Positions 36,235 through 46,242 of a DNA stretch of 64,000 nt are shown piece by piece. Both the position numbers and the translations under genes were made by a program. Under the pieces are notes generated by a model that worked only from the letters and a program-made list of their open reading frames with translations, was not told the DNA's origin and ran no database searches. The number at the start of each line of letters is the position of its first letter. Position 1 is the first letter of the stretch. Source of the stretch: a virus; the UHGV virus genome UHGV-1374697; one strand, 5' to 3'.

Positions 36235-36552
36235 TTACCTGTTGGGTGAAAGTGAGTTAATCCAAGCGTTACGCTCGGTCATGGGATGATTCATCATAGT
36301 TACCGGGGATTCGGTTTCTTCATTCTCTTCGGCCAGATTGAAGAGAGCGGCGATAACGGATTTAGCCCCTGCCGCGAAAGCTCCGTTCAATGCGGCGGCT
36401 TCCATTGTGGGCTGTAATGTCGCATTGAGTTTTGACTGAACAATGCAGAGAGCTTCTTCCATTACCGGGTCATGCAGGAGTTCAGCAAGGCGGCCAGTCG
36501 CCGCCTTGTTGCTTTTGAACCCTTCGACAGTGTAGGTAGGAACTGCCTTCAT
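36235..36552 (-). CDS. hypothetical protein (105 aa)
   Basis: ORF overlapping the portal stop by 4 nt. Confidence 0.5.
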   Translation of the reverse strand: MKAVPTYTVEGFKSNKAATGRLAELLHDPVMEEALCIVQSKLNATLQPTMEAAALNGAFAAGAKSVIAALFNLAEENEETESPVTMMNHPMTERNAWINSLSPNR

Positions 36553-38819
36553 CGTGCACCTCCCAGCGATTGAGCCGCTTTAGCGTTGGCTTCTACGGCG
36601 TTACGAGTAATCTCGGCATCCTGCTTTTCCTTAGCCAACTGGATTTCAGCTTCCGTCTTCATGCGCTTCAATTCAATTTCGGCTTCGGCTTTCATCTGTT
36701 CAGGAGTAGGTCCTTCTTGGGGAGCCGCTTCTTCGTTCTGTTGCATCGCTTCCAAGGCCCGCATGCCGTTGGTAATAACCTCGTTGCACCTCTTGACCAG
36801 TTTCTCGTACTGTTCAAATTCGGGGACAACTTCCTTGGCGGCCTGCAAATAGTCCATGTGTCCTGCCAACTGGGCGACCAGAAGCTGTAGAGGTTGAGCT
36901 AGCTGGGCCATCTCTTCGGGTTCCAGCTGTGCGTCCGGTAGCATGGACATGATGAAGTTGGCATGCACTTCCGCGTGCGTCCTGTGGTCCTCGTTCGGCA
37001 TAACCGGAACTTCCTGCCCTGCCATGAGCTGGTTGTTCTGGATGGATGCGATAGAGGCGGCCACGGTTTCGGACGGGTTGGGGTCATCCTTCAACGGCAT
37101 GAACAACTGTGCGGTGCGTCCGTTCGTTTCATTGGCAATGGCCATGCGGATGAGACGTTCCTGCCCAGCTCGTGGCATGAACTGCATGTAGTTGAGACAC
37201 TGACGGAGAGCCATCGTGCGGCGAACCTTACTGCCCGCACCGATAGGCGGGAGAGCGGTAACGCTGTCAAGGTCGATAGCGAAGAAGGCCTCCCTTGGCA
37301 CACCTGCTTCGTCCAGACGTTGGAGCATGCGTTCACGTTCCTTAAACCCGCCAATCCCTTCATCGTAGTCCTTGCGGATGATGCGGCGAACGATTTCACG
37401 GAGAAGGATGGTCATGTGCTCCAAGAGCATATCCATGATGTTATTGCTGACCTTGCTCGCATTGCCCATACGGATTTCAGCTTCCAGCTGGGTGCGGCCC
37501 ATGCCTCCATCAGCATTCACGTCAATCTCGCCCAAGCGTTCCCGGATTTGGTTCTGCAAGAATGCGAGGGGAGTTCCGGCAACCTGTTGCAGATTCGGCA
37601 CGGGATTAGGAACCACTTGCGTTGACGGGTCCAAAATGGTATAGGCCCCCATCGGGTTCACCATTGCGGAGAGACGGGAGGTTTCATTGGTGGCAGAGAC
37701 GTTTAACGCCATGCCGAGGAACGCCGCGTCCGTCGCTTGGTTCATCAACTTGTCAATGACACGAGTGTGGGGCAGGAGGTCATTCCCATATCCGCGAAGG
37801 GCATGAATATCTCCATTGGTGCTACTGCCCAGCGGGAAGAGGACGAACGCTTCTTCCATAGAGTTGTAGGCTCCTTCCTTGGTGTAGAGGAACTTGGTGT
37901 CATCTACATCGCGGTTCTGGTCACGCTTCACATCCTGACCATTGCCGCCGCTTCCGTTGACGAAGAAGATGGAGTGAGTAACCGTACCGTTGAATTCGCG
38001 AACCCACATGTGGGCAATCGGAATACTGGTTCCAATTACGTCGGTCAGGGTGTAGTCTCCGTTTTTGAGCATCTTCTCGGTCTCCCAAGAAATGCGCTGG
38101 GGCTGTACCGTCTGATTGTAACTACAGGTCTTCAACACCTTCATGACCTCTTCCACATCCCAGCCAGCTTCCCTTGCGGTCTGCGGGTCACGAATGAAAT
38201 CGTAGAGTTCATGGGCACGAAGGGTACGAGTAGCAAACACAACCTCAAGGGTGCTACTGTCCGGCTTAACCTTTCGCTCGAAGGCAAACTCGTTCAGACT
38301 GCCCGCCTTGAAGTACCAAGTGTCGGGGTCCTCAAAGTAGGCAAGGCCGAAGCCGTGGAAGGAGAAGTTGTGAAGAAGGTCTGTCATGATGGAAGTGAAT
38401 CCCGGCATGGACTTGACCATCTTCGTCACCTCGGTGGAAAGGATGTCTGAATAAATGGGGCGACGAGCATTATCTCCGAAGGTGGTTTGCACCGAAACAA
38501 GTTCGGGGTTATCCCACACTTCGCGGAGGCTAGCCGCCACCTTTTCACGAACAATCCGCATCGTGCGGAAGTTGTAGTTGGTTCGATAATTCTGACCAAC
38601 TGCGGAAAGGGCCATTGGGTCATACGGGCGTTGTCCGTCCAGCTCTGCCTGTGCCTCTGTCCTCGCTTGCATGGATAGCTGGTCAGCGGTGAGACAGAAG
38701 TAGAGCATGGCGCGGGCTTGGTCAGCGGTCGGAACCCTTCGCTTGAGAAGGGTTCCGTTCTCGTCAACCACGCCAATAACCCCCGGACCTACGGGAGCAT
38801 TTGCGTCTGGTTTCGGCAT
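36549..38819 (-). CDS. portal protein candidate (756 aa)
   Basis: The size is typical of a portal, and it sits between the terminase block and the scaffold and capsid genes. This is a positional inference. I did not match a specific motif. Confidence 0.55.
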   Translation of the reverse strand: MPKPDANAPVGPGVIGVVDENGTLLKRRVPTADQARAMLYFCLTADQLSMQARTEAQAELDGQRPYDPMALSAVGQNYRTNYNFRTMRIVREKVAASLREVWDNPELVSVQTTFGDNARRPIYSDILSTEVTKMVKSMPGFTSIMTDLLHNFSFHGFGLAYFEDPDTWYFKAGSLNEFAFERKVKPDSSTLEVVFATRTLRAHELYDFIRDPQTAREAGWDVEEVMKVLKTCSYNQTVQPQRISWETEKMLKNGDYTLTDVIGTSIPIAHMWVREFNGTVTHSIFFVNGSGGNGQDVKRDQNRDVDDTKFLYTKEGAYNSMEEAFVLFPLGSSTNGDIHALRGYGNDLLPHTRVIDKLMNQATDAAFLGMALNVSATNETSRLSAMVNPMGAYTILDPSTQVVPNPVPNLQQVAGTPLAFLQNQIRERLGEIDVNADGGMGRTQLEAEIRMGNASKVSNNIMDMLLEHMTILLREIVRRIIRKDYDEGIGGFKERERMLQRLDEAGVPREAFFAIDLDSVTALPPIGAGSKVRRTMALRQCLNYMQFMPRAGQERLIRMAIANETNGRTAQLFMPLKDDPNPSETVAASIASIQNNQLMAGQEVPVMPNEDHRTHAEVHANFIMSMLPDAQLEPEEMAQLAQPLQLLVAQLAGHMDYLQAAKEVVPEFEQYEKLVKRCNEVITNGMRALEAMQQNEEAAPQEGPTPEQMKAEAEIELKRMKTEAEIQLAKEKQDAEITRNAVEANAKAAQSLGGAR

Positions 38820-38824
38820 ATCTA

Positions 38825-39715
38825 CTATTTGTCAATTTCGTCTTCACCCTCAACCGCGTCAGCCTTCATGGCTTTCTTGGTCTTGGACTTCACAGGAGAA
38901 GGTGTAGCAACTTTCACGCTCGGTGTCAAGTCCTCAACGTTCCTCAAGTCTTCGCGAGCCTTTGTAGCTCCACCGACTTGCTCGGACTGTCCCATCATAT
39001 TGACAGATTCCGCTTTGAAGCTGGCGATAGATACCTCGGCAGGGGTTGTTACCGTCACCTCGCCAAGAACTTGGGGAAGCTTAAAGTTGTCCGCGTCAGG
39101 GATTTCACCGACAGTGATGAGGTCGTCCCAGTTCTCCACGTTGAAACACTTCTCGGTCAGCACCTTATCGAGGAAGAGACGGAAATGCTGGGAGATGGTG
39201 ACGTAGGGAACTCGCTGTGGATAGAGTTTCGCCAGCTGACTGGACATGACGAAAGTTCCATCCACGGTATGAGATTCATAAGAGTTCTCGGTGGCAGGAA
39301 TCGTAAAATACTTGCCCGCAATAACCGGAGCCTTCTTGCGATAGAACGTTGCATCCAGCGTATCAATCGCGCCGGGCTTAAACTTTTCATTGCCGCGTTC
39401 GGAAACCCAAATGATAGCTCGTTCGTCCGGCGCGTTCTCGTAAGCCAGAGCCTGTTGCAGTCGGGCGAAGAGATGAGTAACGAGAGCGTAATTATCCGTG
39501 ACAGGGGTCAGCAACTCAATCGTGCGAAGGTCCCGGAACTGATTCTTCAAGATTTTAATCATGGGTTCAGCGGCGGCCTTGGCCCGGTAAGGGAGCAGGA
39601 GCCAAACATCGTGGTCGCCACGGCTGGAAGCCGCAACGCTGTCAATGAGGTTCTGTGCAATGTTCGCGCCGTTGATGAGGACGCGAGGTTCACAAGGGAT
39701 TGCTATTGTAGCCAT
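38825..39715 (-). CDS. hypothetical protein (296 aa)
   Basis: An ORF 5 nt upstream of the portal gene. Confidence 0.5.
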   Translation of the reverse strand: MATIAIPCEPRVLINGANIAQNLIDSVAASSRGDHDVWLLLPYRAKAAAEPMIKILKNQFRDLRTIELLTPVTDNYALVTHLFARLQQALAYENAPDERAIIWVSERGNEKFKPGAIDTLDATFYRKKAPVIAGKYFTIPATENSYESHTVDGTFVMSSQLAKLYPQRVPYVTISQHFRLFLDKVLTEKCFNVENWDDLITVGEIPDADNFKLPQVLGEVTVTTPAEVSIASFKAESVNMMGQSEQVGGATKAREDLRNVEDLTPSVKVATPSPVKSKTKKAMKADAVEGEDEIDK

Positions 39716-39721
39716 TGTCGT

Positions 39722-40213
39722 TTATTTTGTTTTAGTTGCTTTGAGGGCGCGGCGTTCAGCCTGTATGCCCAAGGATGTGTCCGCTTGAGGCGGCAGGATA
39801 TTGAATGCCCATTCAGTTACCAACTGCTGGAAGAGATACCAGCGGAAGTAGAGCTGGGATTCGACGAGAGGCTCATACATTAGATAGGAGAAGAAGGGGT
39901 ACTTTCGAGGACTGCCCAGATTTAATCTGTAAGGCTCGAGGTGGGGGGCTTCCGAACTATTCGAGAATATCTTTGTCCGAAAGTATTTAGGACGCACCCC
40001 ATGTACGGGGTCGACGTCTTTGAACGCCATCACATGGGTTGGATTCGCTCTGTCTGGGTAGGGGTGCATGACCTCGCCACGTGTAGGCGCGAGCCTTGCG
40101 GTATTTCCATTTACCCACGCAAGGTAGTAGGCACGGTATCTCCATGCTTTTCCCCACACCTCCTTATCCCGTGCTACCTCATGGAAGACGGTGGCGTTTT
40201 CGCTAATTGCCAT
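39722..40213 (-). CDS. hypothetical protein (163 aa)
   Basis: An ORF. Confidence 0.45.
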   Translation of the reverse strand: MAISENATVFHEVARDKEVWGKAWRYRAYYLAWVNGNTARLAPTRGEVMHPYPDRANPTHVMAFKDVDPVHGVRPKYFRTKIFSNSSEAPHLEPYRLNLGSPRKYPFFSYLMYEPLVESQLYFRWYLFQQLVTEWAFNILPPQADTSLGIQAERRALKATKTK

Positions 40214-40964
40214 ACTCCGTGGTCCCTTTCAGGTTTTTATCCTCTTGTGCGTCCGCAAGGTAGTTGACGAAGTTAATGAAGGTAGCCGCGTCGAATTCGG
40301 GCAGTTCGTTTTTGTAACTGGCGTATGCGCTCGTATTGGCCATAGGAATTGCGGGCCACGGTTTATATACGTTGGTCAACTTCTCGGCAATGTCGCGCAG
40401 GAACTGGCTGTACTCTTCTGATGGAGCCACGAGGGAGAGGAAAGCATCCGGATGTTCGGGATTGTCCGAAGTCTCTACCTCCCGGTCAAACGTCAGCGGG
40501 TCGTCCGCGTATTCGACATGGGAGAGTTTGGCGTTGTACTTTCTTGTTCTCTTGAGGCTCTTCTTATACTTCTTCGCATGTTCACGAAGCTTGTCAAGGT
40601 CGTCGAGCCACATAGGAACCTGTTGCCACCACGAGCGCATAGCCTCGACGCGTAAGCGAATGAGATAGGCTGAACGCATGATTTGGGTCAGGCATCCGCA
40701 ATGGTAGTGTGTGCGCGTTAAATGTTTGTGGTTCATCGTGACCACATTCCCGCATGCACATTGCGCGACATACGGATATCGGACATCGTGGGAGTACCCG
40801 ATAACTGTTAGAATCCCCTGACTATGACCAACAGGCAACGGTTCATCATCCGTCCCCATATAATCGGGGAACGTTTCTGGGGTCTTCACTTCCTCCGGCA
40901 AGTTCATGAGAGCTACCGGGGTCCAACGACGGAATACTTCCTGAATGTTTTCGGGTTTGGACAT
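40203..40964 (-). CDS. putative HNH-like zinc-finger nuclease (253 aa)
   Basis: CACGN...NHKHL...HYHCGC resembles an HNH endonuclease core with a CxxC zinc knuckle. HNH nucleases often accompany terminases. The assignment is weak. Confidence 0.4.
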   Translation of the reverse strand: MSKPENIQEVFRRWTPVALMNLPEEVKTPETFPDYMGTDDEPLPVGHSQGILTVIGYSHDVRYPYVAQCACGNVVTMNHKHLTRTHYHCGCLTQIMRSAYLIRLRVEAMRSWWQQVPMWLDDLDKLREHAKKYKKSLKRTRKYNAKLSHVEYADDPLTFDREVETSDNPEHPDAFLSLVAPSEEYSQFLRDIAEKLTNVYKPWPAIPMANTSAYASYKNELPEFDAATFINFVNYLADAQEDKNLKGTTEYGN

Positions 40965-41000
40965 GACCTCAATATAGAAGAAAAAAGAATCTTGTCAAGT

Positions 41001-41660
41001 TTATTTAGTGTCTTCTTCGGGCTTTTCGCCCTTCTTCTTGAGCTTCAAGGTGATGGTACGGGCCGCGCTTCCTTCTTCCAGTTCAGGGCGAGTGCCATCC
41101 TTGTTCAGAGTTACTGGTCCACCCTGCAATCCCATCTGTGTCACTATCTCGGTTTGTTCCAGCTCGAACTGCTGGATGACCTGTGACAGTAGGTCCATGT
41201 CGCGCTTCGCAATCGCTTCGTTAAACTTCTCCCACAGACCGTGGCTTCGCTCCATGATAGAGAGGAAGAGAGGTACATCCTTAATTGATTGTATCTCTGC
41301 GTCGGCCATGAAGGAAGCGACACGGGAGAATCCACTGTTCATCAGTTCTTTGTACTGGCTACTCATGGATTCAACGATGTCAAGCTCTATCTTCGTCCTC
41401 GCCTCTTGGCGTTGGAGGATGCGTGCCTGTGTGTTCTGTGTGTACGTATTGAGAAGTTCATTGCGGATAGCCAGTTCCTCCTTCGAGAGTTGGACGCTAT
41501 CAACAATCTTATCAACACGTTCACGGGGGAGGCCAGTAACTTCCGAGATGACAGGAACCGGGGTCCCTGCCTTGTACATCTCAATGGCCTTCCTTATAAC
41601 GGTGTTCTCGTTAGTGATTGGTTTGGGGGTGGCTATCTTTGCGGCGGCTCTTAGGTCCAT
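41001..41660 (-). CDS. HTH plus coiled-coil protein (219 aa); possible small terminase or packaging factor, though its position downstream of terL is atypical
   Basis: The N-terminal HTH VISEVTGLPRERVDKIV resembles sigma-70 region 4 or a small-terminase HTH. It overlaps the terL stop by 10 nt. Confidence 0.45.
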   Translation of the reverse strand: MDLRAAAKIATPKPITNENTVIRKAIEMYKAGTPVPVISEVTGLPRERVDKIVDSVQLSKEELAIRNELLNTYTQNTQARILQRQEARTKIELDIVESMSSQYKELMNSGFSRVASFMADAEIQSIKDVPLFLSIMERSHGLWEKFNEAIAKRDMDLLSQVIQQFELEQTEIVTQMGLQGGPVTLNKDGTRPELEEGSAARTITLKLKKKGEKPEEDTK

Positions 41661-43486
41661 AGCATGTTCATTGCGGCGGTTACGTCGGAGGCAAAGGTGT
41701 CGCGGGCAGGAGCGGGGGCATTGCTGTCGTGGGTAAACCCTCCGAGATACCTGCCAATGTCTGCGGCTTCGATGTACGCAGTTCCGTCTTCGCGATATTT
41801 GATTACCTCTTGATGTTCTACCACCTTATGGTTCTGAATGTCAAGCCTAATCTTACCGAACTCCGGTCCCATGATTCCCCGGCACACGTGCACCAATAGT
41901 GCTAGTGCGTCCGCGTTGTCCGGGGATTTATGAATCCGTTTCTTCATGGCCGCCTTGGGTTCCACGGCAATTCGGGTTCCATTCATGGTGTAGAGCCGGG
42001 ATTTAAGCTCGACGATAGTTGTCGGGTCGAGGCCATAAAGTTGGCGAGCATTGATTGCCAGTTTCATACATCCCCAAAGCTCGGAGACCTTGTTGCTATA
42101 TTGCTGGCATGCCTCCTGATTCTGCAACAGGCCAATGGGCACTTTGCTCGCCATACCCGCGAAGCTGACCGTCTGGAAGTCCGTGCCAACGTGCTGGGCG
42201 AGGATGTCGATGAAACCAGTGCCTCCGGTTACGTCCACGGCAAGGTACTTACTGTCGACATTGTTAGCGCGGAGAATCTCTCCAACTTGCTGGGCGATGT
42301 CGAAGTTCCTTTGCTTCATCCGTTCCTTGTCGGACGTAGACTTCAACAGATAGGTACGGAACACCGCGCACGCCCAAAGCCCTTCAACCGTTCGTCCGAC
42401 TTTGGCGAGCTTCAAACATGACTGGTCACCGCCGTTGGTGTAGGCAGGGTCCAATCCTGCGATGGTAATCAACTCGCCGTCTCCCCAGACGGGCATGGCA
42501 TCCGCGCCACTGCCGTAAATTTCAGCCTCCGACATTAGCGAACCTTCTTCCGTATCATCTGAAAAGGTTGCCCGGTGGAACCGCATCACGAACGGACTAT
42601 TCTCCCCATATTGTTCAATCGTTTGCTGAACGATGTCCAACGGGGTGTAGAAGCTCCAATCCTCGCGGCCATATTTGATGCGGGGGTTTTGAGTGTTATC
42701 GAAGCGGATGTAAATCCCGTCCTTGGTCTCCCACTCGTATTCCTCAAAGATGTCAACGCTGTTCCACCCATCCTTGGGCATAGCCATAACACCAAAGGCA
42801 TCGGTGCGGCTCTTGGGGTTAGAGGCGGCCATCAGGGTAGGAGGCGTGTCCGCTCTGTTGGTGATGAGGTTGGTACGCCACACCTCGACGAGTTCAATCG
42901 GCAATTCGGAAAGCTCGTCGTAAAAGACGTGCATGTTCTTTGCCTTAATACCGATAAATCGGCTACTGGGGTCGCCGACGTTCGCGCAGGGGATAATGGA
43001 GATGCCGCGGGAATCGTCAATATCTCCGTCCTCGTTCACGCCTTTAATCTGTCCCTTGCCATCAACGAGCTTACCCGGAAATTCCTTGCGCCACAACCGT
43101 TTAATATCCTTGAAGATACGTTTCTTCGCACCTTCAATAGTAGTCGATGTGACTAGGCAAAGAGTATCGACGGGGTCGGCCAGATAGAAGAGCGTCGCCA
43201 TGATAGCCATAGATAATGACTTCCCAGAGGACGAGCCTCCACCCATGATGACCACATCATATTTGCACGCGGTTTCAATCATCCGTTCAATCCACGGTGT
43301 CCAGATAATGGGAGTAGGACTGCCCTTGTAATTCCACAGGAGGTTGATGGCGTTCTTAGCGTGTCCATACCTGCCCAGCCCTCCCTTCTCTTCGGGCCAT
43401 GCGTATTTGAAGCACCAGAGTTCGATGTCCAATTCCGAAACTCCGTACTCCCATTGTCGTCCATAGCGGGTAAAGTGTCTAGCCAT
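41651..43486 (-). CDS. terL: terminase large subunit
   Basis: 611 aa with an N-terminal Walker-A-like motif GGGSSSGKSLS. The C-terminus is RNaseH-like with acidic residues. The typical position is upstream of the portal. Confidence 0.8.
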   Translation of the reverse strand: MARHFTRYGRQWEYGVSELDIELWCFKYAWPEEKGGLGRYGHAKNAINLLWNYKGSPTPIIWTPWIERMIETACKYDVVIMGGGSSSGKSLSMAIMATLFYLADPVDTLCLVTSTTIEGAKKRIFKDIKRLWRKEFPGKLVDGKGQIKGVNEDGDIDDSRGISIIPCANVGDPSSRFIGIKAKNMHVFYDELSELPIELVEVWRTNLITNRADTPPTLMAASNPKSRTDAFGVMAMPKDGWNSVDIFEEYEWETKDGIYIRFDNTQNPRIKYGREDWSFYTPLDIVQQTIEQYGENSPFVMRFHRATFSDDTEEGSLMSEAEIYGSGADAMPVWGDGELITIAGLDPAYTNGGDQSCLKLAKVGRTVEGLWACAVFRTYLLKSTSDKERMKQRNFDIAQQVGEILRANNVDSKYLAVDVTGGTGFIDILAQHVGTDFQTVSFAGMASKVPIGLLQNQEACQQYSNKVSELWGCMKLAINARQLYGLDPTTIVELKSRLYTMNGTRIAVEPKAAMKKRIHKSPDNADALALLVHVCRGIMGPEFGKIRLDIQNHKVVEHQEVIKYREDGTAYIEAADIGRYLGGFTHDSNAPAPARDTFASDVTAAMNMLWT

Positions 43487-43492
43487 AACAGG

Positions 43493-44008
43493 TCAAAGCC
43501 TTTCTATATCCCAGTTGTCGAGGGTCAGTGTGTGGTCGTCGTTCAGTTCCCGGTACGCGTACAATAGAATGAGAAGAGCGTCAGCGTTCTGTAGCGTCAC
43601 CTTCGCGCCGGGGAAGTTCTCCATCGCGATGCGTTTCAGGTTGTTCTTCCACCGGGTCCTGTCACGGGCGGTCAGGCCCGTATCATACGCGCCAACGGCA
43701 CGCATCCATACGATTGGGGAAACCTTTGTGACGGTGTACCCCGCCGCCGCGGCGTAACCGAGGACCTTCCCGGTTGCCTCTCCCAATACGCCACTACTTC
43801 TCGGATTGGACACCTTGCCACCTCCGCTCATGGCATAGCTCATCTTCTCAATGTACATGATACGATGACGGCTACGTGGCAGTTTGTTCAATATGATTTC
43901 CAGTTCCCTTTCGTCCTCTGGCATGTGCTTTATCCAGATTTTCTTGCTCCGGGTGTCCGCGAGTACGAGGGCTCCGTGGGTTCCGGGGTCACAACCAATA
44001 ATCTGCAT
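43493..44008 (-). CDS. RuvC/YqgF-like Holliday junction resolvase
   Basis: The N-terminus MQIIGCDPGTHGALV matches the hallmark (I/V)(I/L)G(I/L)DPG of RuvC-fold resolvases. 171 aa. Confidence 0.6.
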   Translation of the reverse strand: MQIIGCDPGTHGALVLADTRSKKIWIKHMPEDERELEIILNKLPRSRHRIMYIEKMSYAMSGGGKVSNPRSSGVLGEATGKVLGYAAAAGYTVTKVSPIVWMRAVGAYDTGLTARDRTRWKNNLKRIAMENFPGAKVTLQNADALLILLYAYRELNDDHTLTLDNWDIERL

Positions 44009-44013
44009 GACAG

Positions 44014-44042
44014 ACTATACTGGATAAATCCCTACTAGTCAA
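44014..44042 (-). promoter_or_regulatory. sigma70-like promoter TTGACT-N17-TATAGT, with the ATG only 5 nt after the -10 box (a leaderless mRNA candidate)
   Basis: On the minus strand: cggcTTGACTagtagggatttatccagTATAGTctgtcATG (ATG at 44008). Confidence 0.45.
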
Positions 44043-44150
44043 GCCGGAAAATAAGACGGCCACCCCGGTATGGGATGGCCGAATGGAACGTGCTCCTTTT
44101 TTACCCGCAATGCGGTGCTACGGGATAAACCCGTCAGAGCCGGGAGGGGG

Positions 44151-44918
44151 TTACTTGGTCACGGCGGAAAGGAGGCCCATCTCTTGGATGGCTTCAACCT
44201 GACCTTCCACCGGGTGCGGTTTGAACTTGAGATACGCTTTGGCGTAGCTGTTCTTCCCGTCACGGGAGACGGCGCGTTGTGCGCCAATCTGCACACGGAA
44301 GGGCAGGGAGCCGAGCTTGTTCCCCTTCAACATCATGAACTGGATGAAGGGAGCACCAACGCCCGTGTACTGGTTACCTTCCGGGGTGTATCGTGCCAGC
44401 GTCCACTGGTCGCCCATGAAGTCAATGGTGAAGAGAGCGTCAAGGTCATCCTCGGTGGTACTTGCGTCCTTAATACCCTGCGGCTTCTTAACCAGTAGCC
44501 ACATGGCAAGGGCACGGTTGACCTGCGACTTGTCGAATCCTTCTGCTTCATACTCTTCCTTCGTATTCCACGTCTTAGCATATACGCCGGGCTGACGTTC
44601 GTTGTACGGGATGTATTCGCGGAAGAACTTACGAGCCTTCAATACGATACATTCAAGAGGATTATTGCGCTCGGCAACGACCAGACCGTTGAGAAGGAAC
44701 GCACCCAAACTGCCAATCGGTTCTTCCAGCTTAGCCTCATCGCAAGAGGCTTGCCACAGTTTGAGGTAAGGAATCTGGATATCCGAAGCGTCGGTCTCGC
44801 CCTCGAAGGAGTGGTATTCCGTAGCGGTTGCGAGTTGATTGGGTTCCGGGGTTCCCAGTTCCAATGCGTCTCCCGGGTCTATTCCTAAGGTTTCGTGTTC
44901 TGTTTTCTTAGTAGCCAT
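44151..44918 (-). CDS. hypothetical protein (255 aa); possible ssDNA-binding or annealing partner of the adjacent nuclease
   Basis: ORF lying between a RecB-like nuclease gene and a RuvC-like gene and preceded by its own promoter. No motif recognised, so the function is inferred from context only. Confidence 0.5.
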   Translation of the reverse strand: MATKKTEHETLGIDPGDALELGTPEPNQLATATEYHSFEGETDASDIQIPYLKLWQASCDEAKLEEPIGSLGAFLLNGLVVAERNNPLECIVLKARKFFREYIPYNERQPGVYAKTWNTKEEYEAEGFDKSQVNRALAMWLLVKKPQGIKDASTTEDDLDALFTIDFMGDQWTLARYTPEGNQYTGVGAPFIQFMMLKGNKLGSLPFRVQIGAQRAVSRDGKNSYAKAYLKFKPHPVEGQVEAIQEMGLLSAVTK

Positions 44919-44994
44919 AGTATTCGTTTATTCTTGGTTTTGGGTTGAGGGCTTCTTTGGCGAGTGAACTACCCTCGGTAACTTCTCTGACGCG

Positions 44995-45022
44995 ACTATA
45001 TCACAAGTTCGTGAGATGTCAA
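44995..45022 (-). promoter_or_regulatory. sigma70-like promoter TTGACA-N16-TATAGT with an AT-rich upstream element
   Basis: On the minus strand: ctcaaaatcaaataaagttcTTGACAtctcacgaacttgtgaTATAGT, about 75 nt upstream of the ATG at 44918. Confidence 0.5.
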
Positions 45023-45027
45023 GAACT

Positions 45028-46242
45028 TTATTTGATTTTGAGCAAAGCCATCGCGCTCGTCACTTCTTTCACCACTCCAAGTTCTTGAAGCTCTTCGAGC
45101 AACGATTCCTTGGCTTCCTTCATCTCGGCACGTGTGGCTCCTTCAACTTTGTTTTTATCTACCACCATGTCAAGAAGCTTCGACACAGGAAGGCGGGAGA
45201 TGCTGTCCAGAATTTCCTCTGGGGAAATGTACTGCTCGACGTAGGCACGGAAGGCATCATTGTCCACCTTCACGGTATTGCCTCGCCGTGCATACTTCCA
45301 TCCGGGAACATCAACGCCGCAAGCGAAGAGGGTCTTGGCATAGTCCTTATGCACCTTGTTGGCCTCCGCGATAATGTTCGCAAAGGAAAGAAGGGAGCCA
45401 AGGGTTTCCGGGTTGTCCATCGCCGTACCGACGTTATCAATCATCCCTTCGGCTAGGTCCTTGTCCTTCAACACTTTGAGCGAGAAGTTACGGGCCATGC
45501 TAGTCACCTTCTTGCACTGGGCAAGCCGGGAACAGTAGGGGCAGACGTGCGGAGAGGATGAGTAGGCATAAGGATTCTCCGCATCACGGCAATGGCGGGC
45601 AATGACTGCGGACATGTTTCCCCTTGCGGTAGCTTCATCCATAGGGACGACAGACATATCCGTGGTGAACTTCGGCCCCTTACCATCACGGTAGAACGCC
45701 GCAATCTTCATGCTTTCGGTCTGGCTGGGCTGAACCACCGCGAGGATAATGCGCTTACATTCAGGGCGTTCTGCCATTTCCAGCAAACCGTAGTAGATGA
45801 ACTGGGTATTCTCGGCAGGGTCGGATACGGGGACCATCCCCATCTTGTAGTCAATAATCATGGAAGTATCACCATGCCGGACAAGAACGTCAGCCGTTCC
45901 GGTTTGTGCTTCATCGTCTGGGTTGAAGACGATTCCTTCAAACTTATGTTCCGGGAGTACTTCTACCTTGTCCGTTTGTACCTCGGTTGCGAAGATGGAC
46001 ATGAGCCTATCCACCATGTTGGATGCCGCAGTGTAGAGGATGTGTTCATGCTTGGTCAAAAGGGAATCTGGGTTCTTGGTTTCGAGGGCCGCGTGAACAC
46101 GGGTCCCAATGGCCGCCGGGGAGAAGTCATCCTCTTCTTCCTCTTTAGTCATGGGGCGTGGGACATATCCGGGACAGGTAGCGAGCAATGCCATCTTACT
46201 CGGACTATACTTACTATGAGTGTTGGTTTCGTTATTAGCCAT
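45028..46242 (-). CDS. RecB-family PD-(D/E)xK exonuclease with a Cas4-like four-Cys cluster
   Basis: GTADVLVRHGD...MIIDYKMG matches RecB motifs II and III, and TQFIYYG matches the QxxxY motif. One N-terminal Cys (LLATCPGYV) plus the C-terminal CPYCSRLAQC fit the Cas4/AddB Fe-S arrangement. Confidence 0.7.
   Translation of the reverse strand: MANNETNTHSKYSPSKMALLATCPGYVPRPMTKEEEEDDFSPAAIGTRVHAALETKNPDSLLTKHEHILYTAASNMVDRLMSIFATEVQTDKVEVLPEHKFEGIVFNPDDEAQTGTADVLVRHGDTSMIIDYKMGMVPVSDPAENTQFIYYGLLEMAERPECKRIILAVVQPSQTESMKIAAFYRDGKGPKFTTDMSVVPMDEATARGNMSAVIARHCRDAENPYAYSSSPHVCPYCSRLAQCKKVTSMARNFSLKVLKDKDLAEGMIDNVGTAMDNPETLGSLLSFANIIAEANKVHKDYAKTLFACGVDVPGWKYARRGNTVKVDNDAFRAYVEQYISPEEILDSISRLPVSKLLDMVVDKNKVEGATRAEMKEAKESLLEELQELGVVKEVTSAMALLKIK

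Noticed and set aside
41001-41660. Confident call of the 219-aa HTH protein as the small terminase subunit
   Set aside because: It lies downstream of terL rather than upstream, which is atypical. The HTH plus coiled-coil architecture fits a small terminase but fits other DNA-binding proteins equally well. I kept a generic annotation.
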